Part shown: in pieces, positions 46,529 to 56,756 of the stretch | Layout of the letters: each line of letters begins with the position of its first letter | Position numbering within the stretch: the stretch's first letter is position 1 | IMG/VR virus record: IMGVR_UViG_3300036944_000898 | Span: 1 to 64,000 of that record | Source: a virus | DNA: 64,000 nt | Reading direction: 5' to 3' (one strand) | Notes under the pieces: model-generated | What the model saw: the letters and a program-made list of their open reading frames with translations, nothing else | The model's database searches: none | What the model was told of the DNA's origin: nothing | Program-made: the position numbers and the translations under genes

Positions 46529-48426
46529 TATTTTCTTCCTATTTTATTCATTTTTAAATAACCACCATATGTTTGTGGTAAACCATAAGTACGTGTTGAA
46601 TTCTGGTAAGCTTCAGCTTGTTTTCTTTGTTCTGGAGTTAAACCTTGAAATATTTTATCAGCTAAAGCTTTTTGTTTAGCATATTTCATATTATCATCAA
46701 GTGTAGGATCTTTAGAAATAGCATCATATTGAGCTTTATAGTCAGGATTAGATTTTAAATAATCTCCCATCCAACTATAACCTGTAATTTTTTCAGCTTG
46801 ATTTTTAAATATTTCTTCTTTACCAATTTCACCTAAATCTGTACCAATAGCTCCTAAATATTTAGATTTTTCATTTCTATATGCTGCTTGATTTTTATCA
46901 TTAATATCAAGTTCTTGATTAGCTTGATTAATATTAGCTTGATTAACTCCTAAATTAAATTGTTGACCAGCCATATTTGTTTGTCTATTTTGTGCTGAAG
47001 CATTCATATAAGCATCTGATAAAGCTTTAGTTTTATTTAAACCTGCTCCAATTATAGAATTACGAACAGCTCCTTGTGAACCACCAATTTGACTTACAGC
47101 ATTTATTGAATTATTATATTCATTATTAGCTATATTCTGTAATGATTGTTCATCAACATATTCAGGTTTAAACTTATCTGTTAATCTATCTAATCTTGTA
47201 TATGCTGGTTTTTTTAATTTAGCTAATTGTAAAGCATTCATAGCTACTGGAGCATATTTTAACATTTTACCACCATTTCTATCTAACCAATTTCCTTCAT
47301 TATTTTTAGTATTTGAAGTAGTTATAGTTTTATTTTTTTGATAATAATCTTCCATACCTTGTCTTACTCCAGTAGGTTCTACAAAAGGTTGTTCTGGAGA
47401 TTTTAACATTGAAGTATCTGGAGTTTCAGGATCATTATATTTATAACCTTCTTTTGTTAGACCTAAAGCATCAGCTTCTCCTTGATTTGGAATATTTATT
47501 TTTCCATTTTTGTAAATTCTATTAATATTAGAAAATTGACTTGGAGTAGTATTTAGGTATCCTTGCTTTTTCATATAATCTGAAGCAAAATTTTGATAAG
47601 CATTAAATGATTTTGGACCAAAATTTCCATCTGGATTTACACCTAAAGCATTTTGAATATTTTTAATAGAATCAGGATTTATATCTGCTGTTGGAGCTTT
47701 AGGTAATATTGGACCACCTAATGCAAATTTATCTGTTAAATTAGCAGAATTTGCATTATTTCTTAAATCTAAAGATTGTTGTTTTTTAGCTTTATTTGCA
47801 CCAATTATAGATGAACCTAAACCAACTGCTGCTCCTACACCCATTCCGATAGGACCAAACATTGAACCAGCTTGAGCACCTGTTGCAGCTGCACCTAAAT
47901 AAGGTGATGCTTTACCTGCTAATCCTGCTAAACCACCTGTAATATTACCAACTTCAGCAATATTAAAATCTCCACCCATAAACATTTGATTTTGTTCTGT
48001 AAATTGTTCCATACCTTCTGGTATTTCACCATTCATCATATCGGGAACTTCTTGTTGATTAGATTGCATTGATTGAGCAATTTGCTCAGCTTTTTGTTGT
48101 TCTTGTTGTTTAATAGTTTCTTGAGCTTGTTTAAGTCTATCTAAAAATACATTTTTAGTTTCTAAACTATGTTTATCATTTCTATCTTTAAATTTATTAT
48201 CAATAGCTTTAGAAGCATCTGCAAATGTTTTACCTTTAATATATGAAGGTAAATTCATTTCTTTAGTCATATTTTCATCAATAGCAATTCTATTAGAATA
48301 AACATAATTTTTTAATTTTGTTTCACCTTGTTCAACGGTATTATTACCACCAACAGGTACACCACCAAGTGGATTTTGGTGATGTAAACCACCTTCATCA
48401 AATCTTGTAAGATTGTTGTTTTGCAT
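46528..48426 (-). CDS. virion protein with glycine-zipper membrane segment and peptidoglycan-binding-like motif
   Basis: GGLAGLAGKASPYLGAAATGAQAGSMFGPIGMGVGAAVGLGSSIIGA, and IQNALGVNPDGNFGPKSFNAYQNF (PG_binding_1-like, ~47593-47658). Confidence 0.55.
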   Translation of the reverse strand: MQNNNLTRFDEGGLHHQNPLGGVPVGGNNTVEQGETKLKNYVYSNRIAIDENMTKEMNLPSYIKGKTFADASKAIDNKFKDRNDKHSLETKNVFLDRLKQAQETIKQQEQQKAEQIAQSMQSNQQEVPDMMNGEIPEGMEQFTEQNQMFMGGDFNIAEVGNITGGLAGLAGKASPYLGAAATGAQAGSMFGPIGMGVGAAVGLGSSIIGANKAKKQQSLDLRNNANSANLTDKFALGGPILPKAPTADINPDSIKNIQNALGVNPDGNFGPKSFNAYQNFASDYMKKQGYLNTTPSQFSNINRIYKNGKINIPNQGEADALGLTKEGYKYNDPETPDTSMLKSPEQPFVEPTGVRQGMEDYYQKNKTITTSNTKNNEGNWLDRNGGKMLKYAPVAMNALQLAKLKKPAYTRLDRLTDKFKPEYVDEQSLQNIANNEYNNSINAVSQIGGSQGAVRNSIIGAGLNKTKALSDAYMNASAQNRQTNMAGQQFNLGVNQANINQANQELDINDKNQAAYRNEKSKYLGAIGTDLGEIGKEEIFKNQAEKITGYSWMGDYLKSNPDYKAQYDAISKDPTLDDNMKYAKQKALADKIFQGLTPEQRKQAEAYQNSTRTYGLPQTYGGYLKMNKIGRK

Positions 48427-48447
48427 TTATAATTTATTTTAAGTTAT

Positions 48448-48478
48448 AAAAAAAGGAGAATAAAATTAATTATTCTCC
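48448..48478 (-). terminator. intrinsic terminator after the GIY-YIG gene
   Basis: GGAGAATA 48455-48462 with TATTCTCC 48471-48478. The A-run at 48448-54 is a T-run on the - strand. Confidence 0.65.
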
Positions 48479-48523
48479 TTAAATTTTATTGTGTTATAAG
48501 TTTAGATATTAAATTAATTTTTT

Positions 48524-49186
48524 TTAAATTAAATCTACTAAGTGTTTACTTATTCTTATTGCATTTTTTTCTTCATCTACAATTGCTATTATAACATTTT
48601 CATTAAATACAATCCATTTATTTTTATCTAAATCATATTTATAATAAGCATTAAATTTATCTTTTATTGATTTATAATTTCTCCAAGATAAAATTAATTC
48701 TAGTTCATTTTCATAAAATTCTCTTGTAACTACTCTATATGTAGATTTAATTGTTGAAGAATTATTAATACTTAATGTAGGAATTTGTTTTATATTTAAA
48801 AATTTAGCTGCACTTAATAAAGAATTAAATTCTTTTATTAAATTACCTCTTAAATCTAATAAACATGTTTTTTTACAAAGAGTTTCAGCACCTCCACAAT
48901 TAGTAAACATTGTTAAATTATATAATTCATCAATATTATATTTTTCAAGATAATCTGCTTCTATTTTAAATAATTCATTTCTATCTATATTTTCAAAAAC
49001 CTCTAAAATTTCATAACTAAACTTTTCAACACCATATTTATTATATGAAGATTGTAAATGTTTATTATTATGTTTATTATTTTTAAGATTGTTAAAATGT
49101 TGATTAATTCTAGTAGTAATATTATTACTAGAACCTATATAAATTTTATTATTTACTAAATTTTTAATACTGTATATTCCTATCAT
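48524..49186 (-). CDS. free-standing GIY-YIG homing endonuclease
   Basis: GIYSIKN..KIYIGSS..R..QH..N..H.N..LQ..YNKYG..E..YN: the full GIY-YIG module, plus a ~120-aa C-terminal putative DNA-binding part. Confidence 0.8.
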   Translation of the reverse strand: MIGIYSIKNLVNNKIYIGSSNNITTRINQHFNNLKNNKHNNKHLQSSYNKYGVEKFSYEILEVFENIDRNELFKIEADYLEKYNIDELYNLTMFTNCGGAETLCKKTCLLDLRGNLIKEFNSLLSAAKFLNIKQIPTLSINNSSTIKSTYRVVTREFYENELELILSWRNYKSIKDKFNAYYKYDLDKNKWIVFNENVIIAIVDEEKNAIRISKHLVDLI

Positions 49187-49261
49187 ATTTTAATTTTCTG
49201 CAAGATACAAAAAATAATTAAGAATTCCAAACTTTTTATTAATTATTTTGTATAAATATTT

Positions 49262-52200
49262 TTAATATGTAGTATAAAATACATTCATATTATGTAAAAT
49301 TAATTTATAATTATTTGTGTTATTAAATTGAACTTTTAATTTAATATATGGTGCTCTAATTCTATTTCTATTTTGACGAGGTATTAAAGCATTCCAATCT
49401 CTAAATTTACGTCTAAGATTATTATTTCTACCTACTACTAAAGGTATTAATGTAGAATCTTGATAATCATTATACGCTTGTATATGTGTTAATGTTTTAT
49501 CAACTTGATCTACATTGTTTAATGTTACATCAGATTTAAAATTAACATTATCAAAAACACAATCTTGTGTAGGCTCAGGATTAACATTTAATGTAACATT
49601 TGAAGGATAATAAACATTATAAAATTTATTATATTCTCCTATATATTGTTTATATAGTTTATTAACATCAGGATGTGTTGTAATAAAATGGTCACCTTTA
49701 CTTATATATATACTAGGTATATAATCATAAAAAGAAATAAAACTATTTTTAATTTCATTAAAACTAACTGTAAATGATTTATCACCTTGATGAAAACTCA
49801 TAAACACATCATTATTAATAAAATCATAACCTGAAGATATACCTTGTTTAAGTAAAGGATTATCTATTTTAAGTTGATTTAATAGATTATTATTAATAAA
49901 GAATGTATGTAGACCTTTTTCATCAGATAAACCTTTAATATTACCTCTAAACGCATTAAACGAACGATTTAAAGCATCATAAAAATAAATACCTTGTGGA
50001 GATGTAACAACAGACCATTTATTAATTGTACCTGTATCTGTAGTTATATATTTATAATCTTGCAATACACCACCTGTACCTAACTCTACAGCTAATCCAT
50101 CTGAACCTTGAATCTGAACTCTAGGATTAATAGATAAAAAAGAAAAAGCTTTATCTTGAATTGAATATAATTCATCGTTTAACATTGCTAATGAATTAAT
50201 TGCTCCAAATTTACCATCTAATGTTATTACATCATTTATTAACAAGTCTGTCCAACTATCTATTAATTCACCAGCAGATTTTAATTTAGAAGATATTATA
50301 TTTGTATCAAAATTATTAACTTTTTTAAAATTATAATTTAGATTTCTTCTTTTAATTAAATCAGGTTGTTGTGAATAAACTTTATTATATTTATGATAAT
50401 CAGCATCAAAATATTGAAATTTATTATCCCAATCATTTAAACTTAAGTCATTTCTATTTTTAACATCTACTGTTGTTTCTGTTAAAAATTCTACAATTTC
50501 TTCATATTGTTTAGTACCTTGGTCTGTTATAGTAGTTTCTTTTCTAACTATTCTTAAAAATTTAAAGTAGTTTACAAAAGTATCACCAGGAGAATCAATA
50601 TTAATTACATTGTTTGTGATTAATGAATAATCACCTATTTCAATATAGTTAGTACGTTTTTTATCTTCCCATGAATTACCACCATATATACCACCTAAAT
50701 AAATTTCTTCTTTAGATTTAAATAATTCTCCAATTAAACCATTGTTTTCACCAATTAAACCAGCATCACTAAATAAATTTTCAAGTTGTTTTCTATCCCA
50801 GTTATCTACAGTGTTTGTATTTGGTCCTGTTACTAAAGTAATACATTTATTATTGTCACTATTAATAGCAACAATTCTTCTACCATATGTACCTTTATCA
50901 TCCCAATTACTATTACCATCTGTTAAACAAGATTGTAATGAATTAGTATATCTATATTTAGTATCATTATTATAAGTTGTAAAATCTTGACCTTTTTCAG
51001 TTACTTCAGGAGTACCATAAATAGAATTAAATATTTTATTACTAGAACTTATAAAACCACCAGAAGGAATAGAATTTAATATATCAACACTAATACTATT
51101 TGTGTTACTTTCTTTAATTATATCTGTAACACTAGAAGATAAAGCTTTAGCTTCCACATCCAAGTTGCCTAAAATTAAAGCTATTGGTTCAATTACTAAA
51201 AAATAATCAAATATTCTATCTAAATTAAAAGGAGGAATTGATGTAAATGTTTGTGAAAAGTTAATAGTTTGTGTACCAATAACAGATGTTAATTGTGTTA
51301 ATACATTATTACCTTGATTATCTGAACATATTTTAATGGTATATGGTATTGTTGTATAACCTACAGAAGGTGTAAAAATATACTCAATATTTGTTTGATC
51401 AAAATCAGCATCTAGAGTTATTCTAACAGCTCTATTACCATATGAAAATCCAACATTAACATTTAAAGGATCTGAACCTGATGTAGTAACAAAAGAATTG
51501 TTTATTTGTACAATATTATTTAAAGTAACATTGTCTGTAATTTTTACATTACCATAACCTCTATAAAACAAATTAGTTTCAATTCTATTAGGATTAGTAC
51601 CACCTGGATGTGCAATAATACCATTATCCATGTTACTATATGCACTACCTGTAATACCTGCTGTTGCTCCTGCAAAATGTGGAGATATACCAAAATAAGC
51701 TTTTGATTCTATAACTTCATTACCATCAGTAAGTTCTTCTTTACTCCAAGATGCGTTATAATTATTTTTTAAAGCGCCTTTAATTTTTAAAGATAGTCCT
51801 GGATTTAATTGAATTGTATTACTAAATAATACTTCAGGTGAGTACAATTGTAGCATGTTGTTAAATTGCCAAAATTTACCAGCAGCGTCTGAATCTCCAT
51901 AATAAGGAACTTGAACTTCTGTATTAGCACCAAATGTACCAGCTAAATCATCTAAATGAGAACAACGTTTTAAAGGTTGTGTATCACCATATTGAGAAAA
52001 CTGATTACAGTTTCTTAATAATATATTTGGTATTTTAGGAATTTCAGAACTTTTATTTCTTTTATATGTTAAATCATAACTTTCTATTGTAGATTTATTA
52101 TTAATCATCATTGTACCCAATATACCATTAGCTACAATTGTTTTATCATTAATACCTCTTTCTGCAATTAATATTTTATAACCAATTGGTTTAGTATAAC

Positions 52201-53722
52201 TATCTGTAAAATTAGAAGATGTATTTAACCATACATAAAAGTCAGGTTTTAATTCAACTTTAAAAGTATTATAATTTCCTAATAAATTACCTTCTCTAAC
52301 TTTAAAATCTGCAATCCAATTAGGTAAACTTACTTGACCATACGAGTTATAAAATTGAATAGCTGTTCTATAAATCTCTTCATCTTTAAAATATTTATTA
52401 TTTATATCATAAACATTAGATTGTGTTAATTCATATTTTAAATACTTACCTTCACCACCATATGTTGTACCATTTTCTTGAAATTTATATAAATCATAAT
52501 CTAAATTAATAGAATCAAATTTATCTTCATAATCGTCAGTAAATGTGTTTGTTATAACACGTTGTGTACCAGATAAAGAACCTGTAGATAAATTTACATC
52601 ATCATAAACAATTGAAGTTCTGTCAGATTTAAAACTATAAGCTCTACAATCTAATTTTAATTCATAATTTATTTCTTTATAGTTTGCAAAAAATAATCTA
52701 TTGTCTTTACTATTAATATGTTTAGGTATCATTATATCTGAACCTAAAAATAAAAATTCTTCTAGAGATAAATTTTCTATAATAGACCCATCATCAAATA
52801 TTTCTATTACATTTGTAGAAGGTATTTCTCTATCTTCAATTAAAGATATAGAAGGTATTTCATTAAATGAAGTATATTTAATAGCATATACTTTTATGTT
52901 AGTATAAGAACTATCAATATTATCTATTCTAACAACAGGTATTGTACCAACTTTTTCATTAACATTACCACCTCCTAATCCTACTCCTTTATCTAAACTA
53001 ACTAATTCACTTAAAGAACTTAATTTTGTTTGTGATGAATTTAATCTATATAAATTATAAGCATATTGAATCATACCTGCTGTATGATTTCCACCTGATA
53101 ATTTTTTAGTAATAATTGGTTGTGATAAACTAAATTCACCAACCATATTTATTACATTTTCAGGAATATCTATAATTTCTTCTAAATCACCATTTAATAT
53201 AGAATGATTAATATTAATAAATCTCATTTGATTATTACTATCAACCCAATATACTTTATCTATATTTATATTTTCAAAATTATTAATTGTTTGAATAGGG
53301 TATTCAATTGAAAAATTTAAATTTCTTAAATATAATAATTGTATTCTATAATTAGAATAAGGAACTTTCCATATACAATCAAAACCATTATTATCTGTTG
53401 TAAATAAAATAATATAATCCCTACTATTAGAATAACCTATAATTAATTGTGTTCCACTTTGTGTACCATAATTAATTTCAGAAGTTGTATAATCTATAAT
53501 ATCTGAATTATAAGAAATAGTTTTATTTGTATAATCTATAACTGGTGTAGGAACATTTAAAATTAAAGAGTTACCTTTTTCATTTGTAATAGAACCTGTA
53601 CTTTGTGTATCTGTAGCTAAAATACGTATATTTTTACCTTCAAAATAAAATTGATTACTAAATTCTGATTTAGTAACATCTTGTATCATACCGTTGTATG
53701 AATGTGTAACGAATTTATTCAT
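49262..53722 (-). CDS. large tail/baseplate-type structural protein
   Basis: 1486-aa ORF, beta-rich and N/T/S/G/Y-rich, upstream of the giant-protein operon. Function assigned from size, composition and position only. Confidence 0.5.
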   Translation of the reverse strand: MNKFVTHSYNGMIQDVTKSEFSNQFYFEGKNIRILATDTQSTGSITNEKGNSLILNVPTPVIDYTNKTISYNSDIIDYTTSEINYGTQSGTQLIIGYSNSRDYIILFTTDNNGFDCIWKVPYSNYRIQLLYLRNLNFSIEYPIQTINNFENINIDKVYWVDSNNQMRFININHSILNGDLEEIIDIPENVINMVGEFSLSQPIITKKLSGGNHTAGMIQYAYNLYRLNSSQTKLSSLSELVSLDKGVGLGGGNVNEKVGTIPVVRIDNIDSSYTNIKVYAIKYTSFNEIPSISLIEDREIPSTNVIEIFDDGSIIENLSLEEFLFLGSDIMIPKHINSKDNRLFFANYKEINYELKLDCRAYSFKSDRTSIVYDDVNLSTGSLSGTQRVITNTFTDDYEDKFDSINLDYDLYKFQENGTTYGGEGKYLKYELTQSNVYDINNKYFKDEEIYRTAIQFYNSYGQVSLPNWIADFKVREGNLLGNYNTFKVELKPDFYVWLNTSSNFTDSYTKPIGYKILIAERGINDKTIVANGILGTMMINNKSTIESYDLTYKRNKSSEIPKIPNILLRNCNQFSQYGDTQPLKRCSHLDDLAGTFGANTEVQVPYYGDSDAAGKFWQFNNMLQLYSPEVLFSNTIQLNPGLSLKIKGALKNNYNASWSKEELTDGNEVIESKAYFGISPHFAGATAGITGSAYSNMDNGIIAHPGGTNPNRIETNLFYRGYGNVKITDNVTLNNIVQINNSFVTTSGSDPLNVNVGFSYGNRAVRITLDADFDQTNIEYIFTPSVGYTTIPYTIKICSDNQGNNVLTQLTSVIGTQTINFSQTFTSIPPFNLDRIFDYFLVIEPIALILGNLDVEAKALSSSVTDIIKESNTNSISVDILNSIPSGGFISSSNKIFNSIYGTPEVTEKGQDFTTYNNDTKYRYTNSLQSCLTDGNSNWDDKGTYGRRIVAINSDNNKCITLVTGPNTNTVDNWDRKQLENLFSDAGLIGENNGLIGELFKSKEEIYLGGIYGGNSWEDKKRTNYIEIGDYSLITNNVINIDSPGDTFVNYFKFLRIVRKETTITDQGTKQYEEIVEFLTETTVDVKNRNDLSLNDWDNKFQYFDADYHKYNKVYSQQPDLIKRRNLNYNFKKVNNFDTNIISSKLKSAGELIDSWTDLLINDVITLDGKFGAINSLAMLNDELYSIQDKAFSFLSINPRVQIQGSDGLAVELGTGGVLQDYKYITTDTGTINKWSVVTSPQGIYFYDALNRSFNAFRGNIKGLSDEKGLHTFFINNNLLNQLKIDNPLLKQGISSGYDFINNDVFMSFHQGDKSFTVSFNEIKNSFISFYDYIPSIYISKGDHFITTHPDVNKLYKQYIGEYNKFYNVYYPSNVTLNVNPEPTQDCVFDNVNFKSDVTLNNVDQVDKTLTHIQAYNDYQDSTLIPLVVGRNNNLRRKFRDWNALIPRQNRNRIRAPYIKLKVQFNNTNNYKLILHNMNVFYTTY

Positions 53723-53763
53723 TTCTTCAAAAAATGTTTAAGTTATTAATTATTAAATAGTTA

Positions 53764-54492
53764 CTACCTGTAACGTCGAAGGCGTTCTTTTTCTCCAAGT
53801 TTTTTAAACTTGTTTTGATGTGCTGTTGTATTAATTATAAGTCTATTAATAGCATTCATCATTGATTCCATTTTATCTAAACCTGGCATACTTAATGACA
53901 TTTGTGCAGAAGGTACATAAAAATATCTTTTTTGTTGTATGTATTCAAAAGCTTTATCTGTAATTTTACCCATCATCCATAAAGGTTCTAAATACCTACT
54001 TAAAATATAATATTCTAAAGCTAATTGAACTTTTTGATTATCTGGAATTAAAGGATAACCTTCTTCATCTGTAGCAATTGCTTTATAGCCTATTTGTACA
54101 CAACCATCACACATAGAAGTAAACATAATACCATTTTGAATTTTATATGTAAATTCATTTCTATTATGATGTGTTTGAGAACTTTCATTTGTAAATTCAT
54201 TAGTATCTAAATGATAAATATTTGTAGCTTCTCTCATAGCTATTGGTTCAGTTGTACCACCGTCAAAATATTCAACACCTTCTATATATAATAAATCACA
54301 AGGTAATTCAGCTTTATAAGATGTTAAATTTAATTTTTCTAATTTATTTAAGTATATTACAGGCGCACCTAAAAGTTTAATACATTCTAAAGCATATTCA
54401 GCAGCTTCTTCATATGTAAGTTCTGATGCTAAAGGATTTTTTAAAACTGACCATATAATAGTACCTAATGAGTTATATTGTGAATTTGTCAT
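53764..54492 (-). CDS. putative virion structural protein
   Basis: 242-aa ORF in the late operon. Confidence 0.7.
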   Translation of the reverse strand: MTNSQYNSLGTIIWSVLKNPLASELTYEEAAEYALECIKLLGAPVIYLNKLEKLNLTSYKAELPCDLLYIEGVEYFDGGTTEPIAMREATNIYHLDTNEFTNESSQTHHNRNEFTYKIQNGIMFTSMCDGCVQIGYKAIATDEEGYPLIPDNQKVQLALEYYILSRYLEPLWMMGKITDKAFEYIQQKRYFYVPSAQMSLSMPGLDKMESMMNAINRLIINTTAHQNKFKKLGEKERLRRYR

Positions 54493-54494
54493 AA

Positions 54495-55013
54495 TTAATA
54501 TAGTAAAAAAGTATCATACTTATCTTTGTTTTCATCTTTAATTCTATTACCTAATGCTCTTGCAAAAGATCTAACAGTTTTAAATTTATAATATTTTTTA
54601 TTTTTAAATGGATATATGTATTTTTTAAAATATAATCTAAATACATATTTAGAAGTATGATAATTAGTAAATCTAACTAAAAGCTTTTTTTCTTTAGCTT
54701 CTTCATCTTCTAACCATAATTTATTTGTAGCAACCCAGTCTACAGGTGCTTTATTAACTAATTTACCATTAGCTATAACAGGAACTTGTTTTAATTTTTT
54801 AACAGATATAGATGAACCTAAATAAGGTAATTGATAGTCTAAATTTTCTTCTATAATTAATTCTGTTATTTTTTCATTAAAATCCGCAATCACATTATAA
54901 AACTTTTTATTTGTAATATCTAATTCTGTATATTCTTTTTTAAAGTATTTATAATAATCAGGCATTCCATAATCTTTTTTTATTTTACCTTCTGTACGTT
55001 TATTCTTTATCAT
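54495..55013 (-). CDS. hypothetical protein (basic)
   Basis: 172-aa ORF in the late operon. Confidence 0.7.
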   Translation of the reverse strand: MIKNKRTEGKIKKDYGMPDYYKYFKKEYTELDITNKKFYNVIADFNEKITELIIEENLDYQLPYLGSSISVKKLKQVPVIANGKLVNKAPVDWVATNKLWLEDEEAKEKKLLVRFTNYHTSKYVFRLYFKKYIYPFKNKKYYKFKTVRSFARALGNRIKDENKDKYDTFLLY

Positions 55014-55689
55014 CTACACTATTATTTTTAGTATCTTCAGGTATATTTAATTTTTTAATTAATTCATTAACAATTTCATTTTTAATTAAATCAACATAAT
55101 GAGGTTGTAATGGATAATTAGATGTTAATTCATTAAAACAAGGTAATATGTCATTACAAGAACAACAATTAGAATAATTTGCTAATTCTAAAGGATCTTC
55201 AAATACACCTGTTATTGTAAGACATTCTAATAAATTTAAAGTATCTTCTTCACTTATTAAATAAATATATTTATCATTATCTAAAAATGCAAATATAGCT
55301 CTATTAAAAGGTGAATGTTTTGAATAAATAGCTTTTTGTTTAGTTACAAAATTAAATGGAATTGAAATTCTTTCTGTTGGTTTAACAGAAGTAATTGCTG
55401 ATTTAATATGTAATTCTAATGGTTGTGGAATAGGTTTTTTAGTTCTAATAATTGTAGCACAATCTAAATTTAAACCACATTCATTTACAGATACTCTTTC
55501 TAAACCTAAACATAGTGTTTGTGTTACAGATATATCTGTAGTTCTTTGATAGTTATTTAAGTCTTGTCTTAAATATTTAGCTCTTTTAATACCATATAAA
55601 TATATAATATATTCATTAGATATTTCTGAATCGTCTGTGTAAGCTTTTAAACTTTCACGTACATCGTATATAATATTTTCTAGTATCAT
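55000..55689 (-). CDS. putative virion structural protein
   Basis: ATG at 55689 (MILENIIYD..). The track start at 55716 is a TTG lying inside the upstream terminator hairpin. Confidence 0.7.
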   Translation of the reverse strand: MILENIIYDVRESLKAYTDDSEISNEYIIYLYGIKRAKYLRQDLNNYQRTTDISVTQTLCLGLERVSVNECGLNLDCATIIRTKKPIPQPLELHIKSAITSVKPTERISIPFNFVTKQKAIYSKHSPFNRAIFAFLDNDKYIYLISEEDTLNLLECLTITGVFEDPLELANYSNCCSCNDILPCFNELTSNYPLQPHYVDLIKNEIVNELIKKLNIPEDTKNNSVDDKE

Positions 55690-55700
55690 TTTAATTATAT

Positions 55701-55736
55701 AAAAAAAGGTACTCAACTTTATGAGTTAAGTACCTT
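55701..55736 (-). terminator. intrinsic terminator after the exonuclease gene
   Basis: AAGGTAC 55706-55712 with GTACCTT 55730-55736. The A-run at 55701-07 is a T-run on the - strand. Confidence 0.6.
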
Positions 55737-55744
55737 CGTTATGT

Positions 55745-56677
55745 TTATTTATTTAATTTATATTTTAAATAATTAGTATTAGACATTTCAAATATTCTAT
55801 CATTATCTAAATCTTTCATTATTCTTTTAATAGTTCCTGTATTAGTAGTTATTGATTTAACTAATTCTAAATTGTAATTACCACTAATTGGTGAACTATA
55901 TTTAACTTCTCCATTTAATACACCTGTGTGAACTCTAGGATTATCTAAATATTGTAATTCATTATAAACTTTTTCAAGTTGTCTAACATCTTCGTCACAA
56001 TAGTCTAACATATCTTTCATTGCATTTCTATCATTTAACATTACAACTTTATTCCATAAATCAGGAGTTGTTTGTATTTTACCTTCAAAACCTAAAAATT
56101 TAGATATATAATCTAATCTATTTGAATTTAAATAAAGTTTAGTTTTTGCTAATTTTAATGTATCAAATTGTTTATAATTAGGTAACATTGGTATTCTATG
56201 AAATAAAGCTCTGGTTTTTAACCATTTAAGATCAAAATTATCACCATTATGTGCAACAATTAAATCTGCTTCATTTAATACTTCAACAAATTGTTCTATA
56301 AGAAATTTATCACATTGATTTTTATCCCAAGTTAAATTATAAACTTCATCTTCACCTTGCCATTTATAAGAAACACAAATAATTGCTCTTTCTTTTGTAA
56401 TTTGGTTAGGCATTATATTTTGTTTATAACCAGCTCTCCAAAACCAACCTATATTAGGTGATGTTTCTAAATCGTAAATTAATACTTTAGCTGTTTTTGT
56501 TTTAACTTTATTTATAATTTGTGTGTTTTCTTGTCGACATTGTTTTAAAGCTTCTTTACAATCTTTTATTGTAGTTTCAAAACCTTTATTTCTTAAATGA
56601 TCTCTCAATCTCTTTCCACCTTCTTTAATATATCCAGGACGATTACGTAAAAATTCTTTAATTTCTAATAAATTCAT
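55745..56677 (-). CDS. DEDDy 3'-5' exonuclease (RNase H-fold, PolB-exo/YprB-like)
   Basis: VLIYDLETS (ExoI), VAHNGDNFDLKWL (ExoII), LDYCDEDVRQL (ExoIII, Y-x3-D). Confidence 0.7.
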   Translation of the reverse strand: MNLLEIKEFLRNRPGYIKEGGKRLRDHLRNKGFETTIKDCKEALKQCRQENTQIINKVKTKTAKVLIYDLETSPNIGWFWRAGYKQNIMPNQITKERAIICVSYKWQGEDEVYNLTWDKNQCDKFLIEQFVEVLNEADLIVAHNGDNFDLKWLKTRALFHRIPMLPNYKQFDTLKLAKTKLYLNSNRLDYISKFLGFEGKIQTTPDLWNKVVMLNDRNAMKDMLDYCDEDVRQLEKVYNELQYLDNPRVHTGVLNGEVKYSSPISGNYNLELVKSITTNTGTIKRIMKDLDNDRIFEMSNTNYLKYKLNK

Positions 56678-56756
56678 ATTTAATTATTTACAATTATTGT
56701 ACAAAGGTACAAAATATATTTAACATTTCCAAATAAAATAGCAATTATTTTCTAAT

